35,554 bases of DNA from a virus. Each line of letters opens with the position of its first letter. Position 1 is the stretch's first letter. The DNA is taken from the IMG/VR virus record IMGVR_UViG_3300012346_000166, positions 1 to 35,554 of that record; one strand, given 5' to 3'. Both the position numbers and the translations under genes were made by a program. The notes beneath the pieces were generated by a model. It had not been told where the DNA came from. It did no database searches and saw nothing but the letters and a program-made list of their open reading frames with translations. Positions 23,735 to 32,940 of the stretch are shown here, piece by piece.

Positions 23735-24991
23735 TTAATTTAATGCTTCAATTATTACATTCATATAAGTTATAGTCACGTCCGATGCGTCTGTGTTGTT
23801 TTCTGTCCACATTTCTATGTAGTCATTTGTGGCTAAAGAAACGATTGTATGAACTGTTACTGATTCGGCACGTGAAGTTGAGTTAGTAGATACATACATT
23901 TCTGAATTAGTTATTACAGCACCATTCTTTGCAACATAAAAACCAACTTGGTCATTTGCAGAAGTCGATGTTACAGAAATAGTTGTTGTAACTTTAAAAC
24001 TTCTAGTAATCGCACCTACATAAGTCGCTCTATTATTAGTATGTGTAAACTTTTGATTGATACTATTTGCAGTAGTAGTTCCTGCTATCTTTAATGGTGT
24101 TGCACTTGAAATAACATTTGTTACAGTCGTATTGTTCAACATATAATAATTAGCCAATTCTGCTGAATTATTAATGCCTTTACAGTTTACAAATAACGCT
24201 TTGTTATCTGTGTACTGAACTCCTGTGTTATAAGTACCGCCACCACCAAAATTCACAGTATCTAATATGTAACTTTCTACGGGGATTGTAGCACTTGTAG
24301 AAACGTTTAACGATGTTTCACCACTCAATGTAACGAATGAACTGTAAATGATTCTAAAACGTCTTGAAACAGTACAAATCGAAGCAATAGTTAAAGCTGT
24401 AGTTCCTGAATAGTTATCAAATAAGCATTGAGAAAATCCAATAGTTCCGATAGTTCCATCAAATGTTAAACCGCCACTATTCAAAAAGGCACTATCAGCC
24501 ATGATGAAGTTTGAATAGTCTTTAATTGTACCAACCGTTGGGCAATCCGTAAAGTTTACACCAAACCAATCTAATGCCGTTGTAGTTCCATCACCATCTA
24601 AGTTCAATGCTACGTTTGCCTCAATTGTTATGTTTCGAATAGGCAAAGAATAGTTAGAAGTTATTAAAGCCGTACCTGTTAAACCTGTTGATTTAATACG
24701 GCAATTTTCAGAACTACCACCGATAATAGTAGTATTCACGCCACCAACTAAACGACTTCCATTTAAGTCAACAATAGACGTTATGAAGTAAGTAACGTTA
24801 TCAGCTAAAGTAATAACACCACTTACTGCGGTAGGTAAATCTGAAACACTAGCAACGAATACAACATCACCACTATCCAATCCACTACCACCAAGAAAGA
24901 TATCACCACTACCAAGAATAGTCGAACCATTGATAGTCTTTATATTACTACCGCTAGTTAGTTTATCTTGTATGTATCTTCTTTGGCTCAT
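23735..24991 (-). CDS. Thr/Ser/Asn-rich beta-helix-like tail fibre or spike protein
   Basis: 418 aa with repetitive short beta-strand-like segments and a G-rich N-terminus. Confidence 0.4.
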   Translation of the reverse strand: MSQRRYIQDKLTSGSNIKTINGSTILGSGDIFLGGSGLDSGDVVFVASVSDLPTAVSGVITLADNVTYFITSIVDLNGSRLVGGVNTTIIGGSSENCRIKSTGLTGTALITSNYSLPIRNITIEANVALNLDGDGTTTALDWFGVNFTDCPTVGTIKDYSNFIMADSAFLNSGGLTFDGTIGTIGFSQCLFDNYSGTTALTIASICTVSRRFRIIYSSFVTLSGETSLNVSTSATIPVESYILDTVNFGGGGTYNTGVQYTDNKALFVNCKGINNSAELANYYMLNNTTVTNVISSATPLKIAGTTTANSINQKFTHTNNRATYVGAITRSFKVTTTISVTSTSANDQVGFYVAKNGAVITNSEMYVSTNSTSRAESVTVHTIVSLATNDYIEMWTENNTDASDVTITYMNVIIEALN

Positions 24992-26862
24992 TTCTTTTTA
25001 ACGGTGATGTGCTGTTGGAACTGGTGGCGACACGAAGGAGTATTAATATCGGTTTCAGGATTATGATACCAACCACCTCTAAACGTCCATACATCACGAC
25101 CAATTGCGCTTGAAATCTTATTTATTTCATCACGTGTGTAAAGTCTTGGTAAGCTAACCATTCTCTCACAAAACGGACGACTAGAACCACCTGCTACTAA
25201 GTCAGGTGCATTCGAACGTAACTCATAAGAATAACGCACTTCTAATTCAGTTGCAGGTACACTCGCTTTTTTACCTTTATCTGTAACTTCCCAATCATTT
25301 ACGAATCCGTTTTCACCTAAAGCAAGTAAACGCTGTGAAATAAAAACACCACCTTTGCCAATTGCTTTAGAAATAGAATCAAAACTTTCTCCATTGTCAA
25401 TCATTTGTAGAATCTGTCTATCAATGTCGGTTAATTCAAAAGCGAATTTTCCCAAGATAAACTCATTCTTAAAACTTTCTTCGTTGTCTTCAAATGAATC
25501 GTAAGCACGTGAATTTAAAATAGTGTATTCGTCTTTAAGTACACCGCATTTTTCAAACATTGAAACAACGTCTATTTCTTCTGACATTTTTTCTTGTGAT
25601 AAAACAGTAGGCGTTGCAGTCGGTACAACATCACCACCTTCGATAGGTTGTAATCTTGCCAACGCACGAATTTCGTTTGTAGTTAATACGTTCAATAATT
25701 TATTTGCAACAAGTGGAGACATTCCATTAATCGCATTTGAAACCGCATTATCTGTTGAAACGTTTTTCTCTAAGTTAAGAACGTAATCATTGAATATAAT
25801 TTTACCTGCAAAACTGTTTAATCTTTTGAATGCCCACGTTAAAGAATCCGCTACAATTGCTTGACGTTTTTTAACGTAGTTTTCTTGGAACAATTTGTAA
25901 GATATTTCTAATTGCTCTTTTGAACCGAATAAAGAATCAGAAACTAAACCAAACAATTCAGCACTAATAACGCTATGTGCCATCATTATCTTTTTAGTAA
26001 TTTCTTTGTTTGATTCTAAGTATCTTTTATCTAGATCGTTTCCATTAATCTGTTGAACTGTTGGTGCTGAATCTTGACCGTCAGAAAAAGTAATTGTCAA
26101 ACCACCTTGTGTTTCTTTTTTAGATGCTTCACCCTTAACTCTACGTATAATTTTATCTTCTTCTGCTACCGTTTCAGGAACTCCATTTGCAAGGTTAATT
26201 AATGTACCGCCTTTGTAAGAATTGACTACCTCTGAATAGGTGAAATAGTCTTGCTCAATTCCTGCAAGTATAGAAGTAATAGCACCTGAATAAGTTGGTA
26301 CAGGATAGTAGTTTGAAGTAAGTGTTTTCTTACCTTCGCCGTGGAATCTTTGCTTTGGTCTTGTAACATTTGTTAAAATACACTCAGTATCTTCAGGTGT
26401 TACATAGTGAATAGACTTAATTTTACGGTAATTCGTCTCTTTTCCTTGTCTTGATTTACTCCAATCGTCCGAATAATCAAAGAAAACAAGGTTTTCAGTA
26501 GCGCGAATTAACTCAAAATCGACGTTTTCGGCGTACCATTTACCACTTGATAACGATTTTTTAAAGATTAGTGAGTAAGTTTCTCCGATTTCAAAGTCAC
26601 GAATAACACTTTCTACCGTACTTTGTAGCGTTTCACCGTGTGCAAATTGTACATTTTGCTCATCACCTTCGATAATTACCCCACCTGCGGTCATAAAAGT
26701 AACCTTTTGGTTGATAATTCCACCGTGAATAGGGTTATCATAAGCTATTCCCACAAGGAATTGAGGGTATAAATTATCTTCACCCCACTTTACATAGCCC
26801 GATTTGTCTATTTTCTCAGTAGGTTCAGGCTTATTAGCTTCACGAAATAGCGTTCGAATCAT
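24988..26862 (-). CDS. Portal protein fused to a winged-helix-like insert and a Mu F / SPP1 gp7-like minor head domain
   Basis: N-terminal GYVKWGEDNLYPQ portal-type start. Residues about 470-530 LTDIDRQILQMIDNGESFDSISKAIG. C-terminal SRPFCERM...TPSCRHQF. Confidence 0.55.
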   Translation of the reverse strand: MIRTLFREANKPEPTEKIDKSGYVKWGEDNLYPQFLVGIAYDNPIHGGIINQKVTFMTAGGVIIEGDEQNVQFAHGETLQSTVESVIRDFEIGETYSLIFKKSLSSGKWYAENVDFELIRATENLVFFDYSDDWSKSRQGKETNYRKIKSIHYVTPEDTECILTNVTRPKQRFHGEGKKTLTSNYYPVPTYSGAITSILAGIEQDYFTYSEVVNSYKGGTLINLANGVPETVAEEDKIIRRVKGEASKKETQGGLTITFSDGQDSAPTVQQINGNDLDKRYLESNKEITKKIMMAHSVISAELFGLVSDSLFGSKEQLEISYKLFQENYVKKRQAIVADSLTWAFKRLNSFAGKIIFNDYVLNLEKNVSTDNAVSNAINGMSPLVANKLLNVLTTNEIRALARLQPIEGGDVVPTATPTVLSQEKMSEEIDVVSMFEKCGVLKDEYTILNSRAYDSFEDNEESFKNEFILGKFAFELTDIDRQILQMIDNGESFDSISKAIGKGGVFISQRLLALGENGFVNDWEVTDKGKKASVPATELEVRYSYELRSNAPDLVAGGSSRPFCERMVSLPRLYTRDEINKISSAIGRDVWTFRGGWYHNPETDINTPSCRHQFQQHITVKKK

Positions 26863-27229
26863 AAATATCTGTATTTGTATCTACATTAAATGTAGGAATT
26901 TCCTCTTCTGTTGGTTCAATTAGTCGCATCTTACCGATTTCTACTAGATGACCTAGTGTTTCATCTGTACTGCCACCGTTTGGCATTTGATAAACTTGAT
27001 ATTCATAGTCGCCTATTGAACGAAATGTTACATCTGTACCTTCTATAAGTGTAAAAAGGTTGTAACTATTAACCGATTGTGATACATCAGTTAAATATAA
27101 TTTGTATTGATATTCACTAGATTGCTCTAATGTAAAAACGAATAGCCAATTACTTGGTAGTTCGCTTTGGCTTAACTCGCTTAACGTTAACGCTATTGGG
27201 TTTGATTGCCCTTGTCTTAATAGTATCAT
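26840..27229 (-). CDS. Hypothetical virion-module protein
   Basis: 129-aa ORF between the tube-like and portal genes. Confidence 0.55.
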   Translation of the reverse strand: MILLRQGQSNPIALTLSELSQSELPSNWLFVFTLEQSSEYQYKLYLTDVSQSVNSYNLFTLIEGTDVTFRSIGDYEYQVYQMPNGGSTDETLGHLVEIGKMRLIEPTEEEIPTFNVDTNTDIYDSNAIS

Positions 27230-27321
27230 CTTCGATTAAACCTTTTTTAATTAATAGCGGTTTGTTTTCCTTATTGTTTTCAATAAGTCCTAAACCTTTG
27301 ACAAATATTTTTTCCATAGTT

Positions 27322-27353
27322 AGAAAAATAAAGGGAGTGTATTTCAACTCCCT
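27322..27353 (-). terminator. Intrinsic terminator or attenuator directly after the tube-like gene
   Basis: 7-bp stem 27353..27347 with 27338..27332 (AGGGAGU/ACUCCCU), 8-nt loop, then UUAUUUUUC. Confidence 0.55.
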
Positions 27354-27360
27354 AAATTAT

Positions 27361-27891
27361 TTAAGATGCTGGTTCTAACAATGCATCAACAATAGCTGAA
27401 GAAATTTTACAAGCTTTTAATTTCTCTTTACCTGTTAACGTCAATGTGTTACCATTCATGTCTTCGTATTTTGTACCTACTGCACGCTCGTCTAATACCT
27501 TAGCACCGTTCTCAGCGAATAACAACTCATACGTTCCATCGTTACATTTTGCAATTGCACTAACACGACCTTGACAAAGTTGTTCAATCATAGTAATCAT
27601 TTCGGCTGTATTACCGTGCGCTACAATCGTTGCTGATTGTTCACGTGCATACGCTTTATTTGCTCTATCACCTACTGCCTTGTCTGTAAAAGTCGATGTT
27701 TCCATTTCAACATTGAACGGATAAGCGTACTTACCCGTTACTAATGTTAATGCAGAAACTTGACCATTTGCGATCGTGAGCGTATCAATATTACTTGTAC
27801 CTGTGCTATCTTTAGTAGCGAACAAGTACCACGTTTCAACACCACCTTGAGTGTCGCACAACGCATTATATCCTGAAGTTAACTCACACAT
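27361..27891 (-). CDS. Major tail (tube)-like protein
   Basis: 176 aa directly after the MCP gene. GGVETWYLF start and the NGNTLTLTGKE end are typical of tube proteins (by eye). Confidence 0.45.
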   Translation of the reverse strand: MCELTSGYNALCDTQGGVETWYLFATKDSTGTSNIDTLTIANGQVSALTLVTGKYAYPFNVEMETSTFTDKAVGDRANKAYAREQSATIVAHGNTAEMITMIEQLCQGRVSAIAKCNDGTYELLFAENGAKVLDERAVGTKYEDMNGNTLTLTGKEKLKACKISSAIVDALLEPAS

Positions 27892-27902
27892 ATTCTATAA
27901 AA

Positions 27903-28877
27903 TTAAGATGTAGCTAATGCTAATTTAGTGAAGTATTGAGGGAATACATAAGAAACACCTGAACGCCATTTTACACCGAAGCGTAATTTTTCGTCATTCT
28001 CATTGTATTTAAACTCAAACCCTTCGAAATCACCTTCCAAATCTGTACCAAAGAACATATAATCGTAAGGTACCGCATACATTTTAGAAGTACCATTCAA
28101 TTGAGAATAAGCACGAACACGAATGTTAGTAGTTGGTAAAATGAATGAAGGTTCAACTCCTGCCTCTTCTGAAATTGTGTAGTTGTAGTTGTTATCGTTG
28201 TAGTTTTGCTCAATGATTTTTCTGAATGTTTCACGACCTACGATAATTTCAACGTTAACACCGTTATCAAATAATACAGGGTCAATAGTATTGTACAATC
28301 CTAATGCAACATCCAATGCGTTTGTATTATCTAAAGCTGTTTCAGTTGAAGTGTATGTAATTAAACCCGCATCAGCATCCCACAATTTAATAAATCCATC
28401 GTAGTGTGCTAATGAAGGAACTAAAGATGTTGTATCACCTTTGAACATCAAATCTTGGTTAGCTTTAGCCGCTTTCTTAACGTAGTAAGATGCCATGATG
28501 TCAGAGAATGGAGCTTCTTGGTCTTGACGATTAGCACCTGCCGCATTCATCAACTGCGCCCAAGTTCCATTCAAGTCTTCATTACAATACTCTTCTTGAA
28601 TTTTAACACGCTCAGTAGTTAAAGTTTCGTTAGTCAAAACAATACCACCTGAAGCATTCCATCCACAAGATGAAGCCGCCTGTACAACTGGTGCTGATTC
28701 CAACAATTTAATTTTCTCTGAACCTTTTACGCCTTCCATTACAGAAATACGTGATGTTAACCCTGCATTGTAAACCAAGTCAGTTAACATATTAGTTGAT
28801 TGCTCATCTGTGTATGATGCTAAACCTGACACATCATAAGCAAATCGGTCTTTTACAATTTGATCTAGTTTTTTCAT
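27903..28877 (-). CDS. Major capsid protein (HK97-fold type)
   Basis: 324 aa directly after the protease-scaffold gene; composition and length are typical. Confidence 0.65.
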   Translation of the reverse strand: MKKLDQIVKDRFAYDVSGLASYTDEQSTNMLTDLVYNAGLTSRISVMEGVKGSEKIKLLESAPVVQAASSCGWNASGGIVLTNETLTTERVKIQEEYCNEDLNGTWAQLMNAAGANRQDQEAPFSDIMASYYVKKAAKANQDLMFKGDTTSLVPSLAHYDGFIKLWDADAGLITYTSTETALDNTNALDVALGLYNTIDPVLFDNGVNVEIIVGRETFRKIIEQNYNDNNYNYTISEEAGVEPSFILPTTNIRVRAYSQLNGTSKMYAVPYDYMFFGTDLEGDFEGFEFKYNENDEKLRFGVKWRSGVSYVFPQYFTKLALATS

Positions 28878-29956
28878 TTTGTTTCTTTTAGTAAGTCTTT
28901 ATAACTTTTTGTTTTTTGCTCTTCAACTTTCTTAGGATTTGCACCGAACTTTCCTGAAGATTTGAAAGTTTCGATTTCCGCTTTTAGTGTTTCGTTTTCT
29001 TTTGTAATTGCTGTGAACTTAGCTTCAAATTCTGCGAACTTAGCATCAACACCTTTAATTGTTTTTGCTAATACTTCCGCAACTTCTGCGCTTAATTCTG
29101 TTGGTACTTCTTCAGTAGCTTCTTCCATTGCATCTACAATAGAAACAATTGCACCTGTACCATCCAACGTTACAACTTTCACCGTACCATCTTCTAGTGT
29201 CAATTGATGCTCTCCTTCAGGTGCAGGAACTTTAACACCATCTAACTCGATTGTTAGTAAAGTGCCTTCTGCTAATTCACCTTCGTAAAACACAACTGTA
29301 CCTTCAGCGGTAGTAGCTTCAGAAAACGTAACTTCTTCTGTTGTTGCAACCTCAGGATTGTCATTAAACATATCCTTCATGATTTGCAAAAGCGATTTGT
29401 CTTGTTTACTCATCTTTGTTTTAACTTTAATTTGTTTTTTTTCGAACCATCCTTCAACAGAGAAGCCAACGAACTTGCCGCTTTTCACATCGTCCCACAA
29501 CACATTATCTTCAACGTAATACGAAGCAATCCAACTGCCATCTTGCAGATTCATTTGTTTAAATGCTTCAGGAACGTTTGGAAGTTTCGGGTCGCTATTT
29601 GAAACTATGTAAGAATCAATTAACGTAGCACCTTTTATTACGTCTTTGGAATTGTGTTGTTTGTTTACGTTTTGAATAAATCCGTTTTTAAAGAATTTTC
29701 TACGTATAAGGTCAATCGTTGGTGCATCAAATACAACATAATGCTCGCCCATGTCAGGCGAATTTCTGTATATTGGAGTACCTGCCGAAATCATTACACC
29801 TGTAACAATTCTTTTTTCTTCGTTAAATTCGTAACGTACTTGGTTTTTACCGAAAGCAATAAAGGCTTTCATGTGAGCAGGAGCATCGACAAAGGAATTA
29901 AAATCAATTCCCGTTTCGTCATTTTCGTTAACTACTATTTTGAAAAATGGTAACAT
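28874..29956 (-). CDS. XkdF-like prohead protease domain fused to an acidic coiled-coil scaffold-like domain
   Basis: N-terminal FVDAPAH...GFSVEGWF (XkdF family pattern); C-terminal half is rich in E, A, T and K. Confidence 0.55.
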   Translation of the reverse strand: MLPFFKIVVNENDETGIDFNSFVDAPAHMKAFIAFGKNQVRYEFNEEKRIVTGVMISAGTPIYRNSPDMGEHYVVFDAPTIDLIRRKFFKNGFIQNVNKQHNSKDVIKGATLIDSYIVSNSDPKLPNVPEAFKQMNLQDGSWIASYYVEDNVLWDDVKSGKFVGFSVEGWFEKKQIKVKTKMSKQDKSLLQIMKDMFNDNPEVATTEEVTFSEATTAEGTVVFYEGELAEGTLLTIELDGVKVPAPEGEHQLTLEDGTVKVVTLDGTGAIVSIVDAMEEATEEVPTELSAEVAEVLAKTIKGVDAKFAEFEAKFTAITKENETLKAEIETFKSSGKFGANPKKVEEQKTKSYKDLLKETK

Positions 29957-29982
29957 ATCTATATTAATATAACATTTGTAAA

Positions 29983-32064
29983 TTATCCGACCGTAGCAAT
30001 ACTTAATGTATTAGCTGTTTGGTTTTGTTTTGCTGTGATTTCTGAATCAACTACAAAGACTTTTCCTGCATTTGATTTAGGTGCTTCATTTCCTATTCCA
30101 CTTGTTAAAGTTGTTTGAGCGTTTGCAAGTTGTGGATTTGGAATGTTAGGTGCTGTTGTTGGTGGGCTAACTGAACCACCTCCAGCACTACCTACACCAC
30201 CACCACCACCACCGTACTGAGTACTAGCAATTTTAGCAATGTTAGCCGATGAAGTAATAGCCGCCGCACCTGCATACACCGCCGCAGTTGCAGGACCTAA
30301 TAATGGGATAGGGTTTTGCATACCGTTTCTAAATGCGGCAATAGTTGTCTGAATACCATCAATAGTTGCAGTAGCTAAACTTAAAGCCTTAGCAACTTTG
30401 AATTGTCGTCTTGCTCTTTGGTCTTTACTCTTTTCATCTTGTGCCCCAAAACGATTAGCAACTGCGAACACACCCTCGGCTAAATCATTTAAAGACTTAG
30501 CACCCATTTGTGCAATCTGAACTTTTGCATCGTTTAGCTTTCTATGGTCTTCTAGTATTTGAGCGTTTGTTTCTTGTTCTGATTTGATTCGGTTACTAAG
30601 TATTAAAGCGTCTGCGGCTTCTTTATCCCATTGTAATTGTTGTGCTTGTTCGTCCTTTAATGCTTGTGCTTCTTTTGCTAGTGTTTCTTGTTCAGCTTTC
30701 CACGCTTCTTCGTCTAATAACATTTGACGTTCAGCATCTTGCTTAGATTTATAAGCATCTAGTTCTTGTTGGTTTTTATCCTTTTGAATTTCGATTGCTT
30801 TATCCGCTTCTGCTTTTGCTTCATCGCTTCTTTCTTTAGCAAGGTCTTTCTTTTCCTGATTAAGTTTTGCTTCTGCTACTTCAATCGTATTAAGTGAATC
30901 CTCAGCCGCTGAAACCATATCTTGAAACGATTGTTCAAATATTTCGTTTCCTTGCATTCGACCTTTCATGTACTTCGCAAATGCTACGTTTGCTTCTGCT
31001 TCTTGCTTTTGAAGTTTGATTTTTTCTTCACGCAATGCAATAGTACTTTTCCCTTCAGCTTCTAGTAACGCAATTTTTCTATCAATGCCTTTAATATTTT
31101 CTTCACGTGCTTTTGCTTCTTCATCTAATTGGCGAATATGCTTTTCATGGTTTTCAGCTTGTACTGCACTTGCTTTTCTACTTGCTTCTGTTGTACCTGT
31201 AAATAGATCGTATAACTTTTGCAACGATTTAATAGTAATCGTAATTGGAAAAAACGCAACCTCTAAAGCTGTCTTAATTACCTTACTTGCTTCTGGGTAT
31301 TTATTAGCAAATGACTTGTAAGCATCTTGAAACTTAGCACTAACTTCTGTGGCTTTAGTTTTCAGTTTATCAAAGTTCGCTACTACTGCACCTAAAGCAA
31401 CAATAAACAAACCAATACCTGTTGACGCTAAGGCAATCTTAAATAACTTCATTGCACCTGTTGACGTACCAACCACCGTAGCATAAGCACCTGTTGCCGT
31501 TGTAAGTAACCAAGTTTGTAAAGTCTTAGCCTTTTGCATCAAGAATGATTCCTTTTCTAAAGCCCCACGTATTTCTTCAAGTGATGCCAAAACAGCTTGA
31601 ACGGCTTGCAACTTAACAAGTGATTTAGTAAGGTTTTCATTCTCTTGACCTAATAACGCTTGAACTCCCGTTAACGCACCGTAACCCGCTGTTATTGTAG
31701 AACCTAATTGAAGTGCCGCTTTCATTCTAGCACCATCAGTACCGAGGTTATTAATCTCAGTCTTTAAGTCGCCTAACTTATCTTTTAATTCCCCCGCACG
31801 TTGTAACGCTTCTTTACCTATTGGACTTTCTCGACCTGCTTGTAGTGCGATTGTTTGGTATTGCTTAATAGCTTGCGTACTTTCACGCATTGACATCGTA
31901 CCACTTTCAACACGTTTATTAAGGTCATCAAAGGTTTTATTTAAGTCATTACTAGTATTCTTAGTAGTGCCATCAATGTTCTTTAATTCCTTATCAATTG
32001 CTTGTAAATCGTTTGCAGTTGTACCCGTGTCGACTGAGGTCTTAAAAATTATTTCTTCTGCCAT
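29983..32064 (-). CDS. Tape-measure-like protein (coiled coils, central hydrophobic segments, Gly-rich C-terminus)
   Basis: 693 aa. TM-like TGIGLFIVALGAVVA, long heptad regions, GGGGGGVGSAGGG. Confidence 0.5.
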   Translation of the reverse strand: MAEEIIFKTSVDTGTTANDLQAIDKELKNIDGTTKNTSNDLNKTFDDLNKRVESGTMSMRESTQAIKQYQTIALQAGRESPIGKEALQRAGELKDKLGDLKTEINNLGTDGARMKAALQLGSTITAGYGALTGVQALLGQENENLTKSLVKLQAVQAVLASLEEIRGALEKESFLMQKAKTLQTWLLTTATGAYATVVGTSTGAMKLFKIALASTGIGLFIVALGAVVANFDKLKTKATEVSAKFQDAYKSFANKYPEASKVIKTALEVAFFPITITIKSLQKLYDLFTGTTEASRKASAVQAENHEKHIRQLDEEAKAREENIKGIDRKIALLEAEGKSTIALREEKIKLQKQEAEANVAFAKYMKGRMQGNEIFEQSFQDMVSAAEDSLNTIEVAEAKLNQEKKDLAKERSDEAKAEADKAIEIQKDKNQQELDAYKSKQDAERQMLLDEEAWKAEQETLAKEAQALKDEQAQQLQWDKEAADALILSNRIKSEQETNAQILEDHRKLNDAKVQIAQMGAKSLNDLAEGVFAVANRFGAQDEKSKDQRARRQFKVAKALSLATATIDGIQTTIAAFRNGMQNPIPLLGPATAAVYAGAAAITSSANIAKIASTQYGGGGGGVGSAGGGSVSPPTTAPNIPNPQLANAQTTLTSGIGNEAPKSNAGKVFVVDSEITAKQNQTANTLSIATVG

Positions 32065-32087
32065 GTGTTTTGTATTGAATTATTTAA

Positions 32088-32095
32088 TACGTTTG
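32088..32095 (+). promoter_or_regulatory. -7 box TACGTTTG on the plus strand, upstream of the lipoprotein gene
   Basis: 23 nt before the ATG at 32119; TTTG at 32069..32072. Confidence 0.4.
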
Positions 32096-32118
32096 TATTA
32101 TAAACAAATAAATTAATT

Positions 32119-32430
32119 ATGAAAAAGGTATTGTTATTATCAGTTATTGCTTTGGCATCTTGTAGAAAATTCAAATTTGAAAATAAAATACAAGGTACAT
32201 GGCAAATGAAAGAAATCAAATTACATGACCAAAGTGTTTGGTTTAACGTTCCATCAAATGAACAAGCGGTTACCATTACAAAAGATAGCGTTTCGAATCC
32301 TTGGAGCGATAAGTATATGATTGTAGACAAACATACAATTGTAATAAACAACACTTTTATAGATGTTGACATCAAAAAAAATAGTATGTTGTGGGTTTCC
32401 AATGGTGATTCGATTAAATTTGTACGTTAA
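32119..32430 (+). CDS. Lipoprotein (lipocalin-like), the only plus-strand gene; candidate superinfection-exclusion or receptor-masking moron
   Basis: Signal peptide MKKVLLLSVIALASC with lipobox LASC; GTWQMKEI motif. Its stop overlaps the stop of the convergent fibre-tip gene. Confidence 0.7.
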   Translation: MKKVLLLSVIALASCRKFKFENKIQGTWQMKEIKLHDQSVWFNVPSNEQAVTITKDSVSNPWSDKYMIVDKHTIVINNTFIDVDIKKNSMLWVSNGDSIKFVR

Positions 32431-32936
32431 TATTTTATAACAGTAATTGAACAACCTGCAACTAAAACACCATTTGCAGAAGCACCCAAATATTGAGAAT
32501 CAAGAAATAATGTATTAGCGTCTAATATACCGAAACCACATTGATTATCTAAACTTCCTAATGGTAGGTTAGCGTGAACTTCTAAAGGCGCAACCAAATT
32601 ACCCGCAAACCCTGAAATAGTATAACCGCCTACACCTAAATAGTTGGGTGTGGCTGTTATACCTAAAGAGTTTTCAATAACAGTTAAAGATGGTGCGCTT
32701 GTTCCTGTTTGTGTTATTAACGCTTTCCAAATAGACTGCGCTTTACGTCCATCTGACATTTGAATTATACTACCATTCCTCGTATAAGTCAACCCCGTAT
32801 CAGTGTCCATGTAAAATTCACCATCGTAAATATCGGTAGCTATCCAATCGCCATTACGGTGGTCAGTACTTGCAGGAATTGTAGGAACTCCTGAACCCAT
32901 TTTAATCTGTCTTCTTTCAAATTTATCTTGACACAT
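32427..32936 (-). CDS. Tail fibre tip / receptor-binding candidate
   Basis: GSGVPTIPASTDHRNGDWIATDIYDGEFYMDTDTG is a motif recurrent in Bacteroidota phage fibres. Possible alternative start at 32900. Confidence 0.45.
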   Translation of the reverse strand: MCQDKFERRQIKMGSGVPTIPASTDHRNGDWIATDIYDGEFYMDTDTGLTYTRNGSIIQMSDGRKAQSIWKALITQTGTSAPSLTVIENSLGITATPNYLGVGGYTISGFAGNLVAPLEVHANLPLGSLDNQCGFGILDANTLFLDSQYLGASANGVLVAGCSITVIKY

Positions 32937-32940
32937 ATTT

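Noticed and set aside
27150-27347. 65-aa ORF overlapping the start of 26840..27229, considered as a second frameshift pair downstream of the tube gene
   Set aside because: Its first ATG lies inside the terminator hairpin. The downstream gene is in the +1 frame, not the -1 frame. That frame is closed by a TAA only 3 codons upstream of its own ATG, which leaves no room for a shift site. A 55-aa ORF from 27317 remains possible but would overlap the next gene by 80 nt, so I did not call it.
1491-31321. Plus-strand ORFs in the track (for example 1491..1703, 3263..3460, 5714..5908, 8763..8981, 11614..11889, 12530..12721, 13639..13836, 16342..16527, 16589..16843, 18930..19151, 19298..19480, 20603..20791, 21199..21384, 21862..22131, 22405..22593, 25523..25786, 27154..27378, 28213..28404, 28962..29207, 29384..29953, 31016..31321)
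   Set aside because: All lie antisense to longer minus-strand genes with recognisable products. Their sequences are low-complexity and rich in Leu, Phe and Ser, as expected for shadow frames in AT-rich DNA. They have no promoter boxes.
32049-32454. Minus-strand ORFs 32049..32402 and 32254..32454
   Set aside because: They are antisense shadows of the plus-strand lipoprotein gene. That gene has a clean signal peptide, a lipobox and its own promoter box. These two have hydrophobic, low-complexity sequences and no coupling to neighbours.
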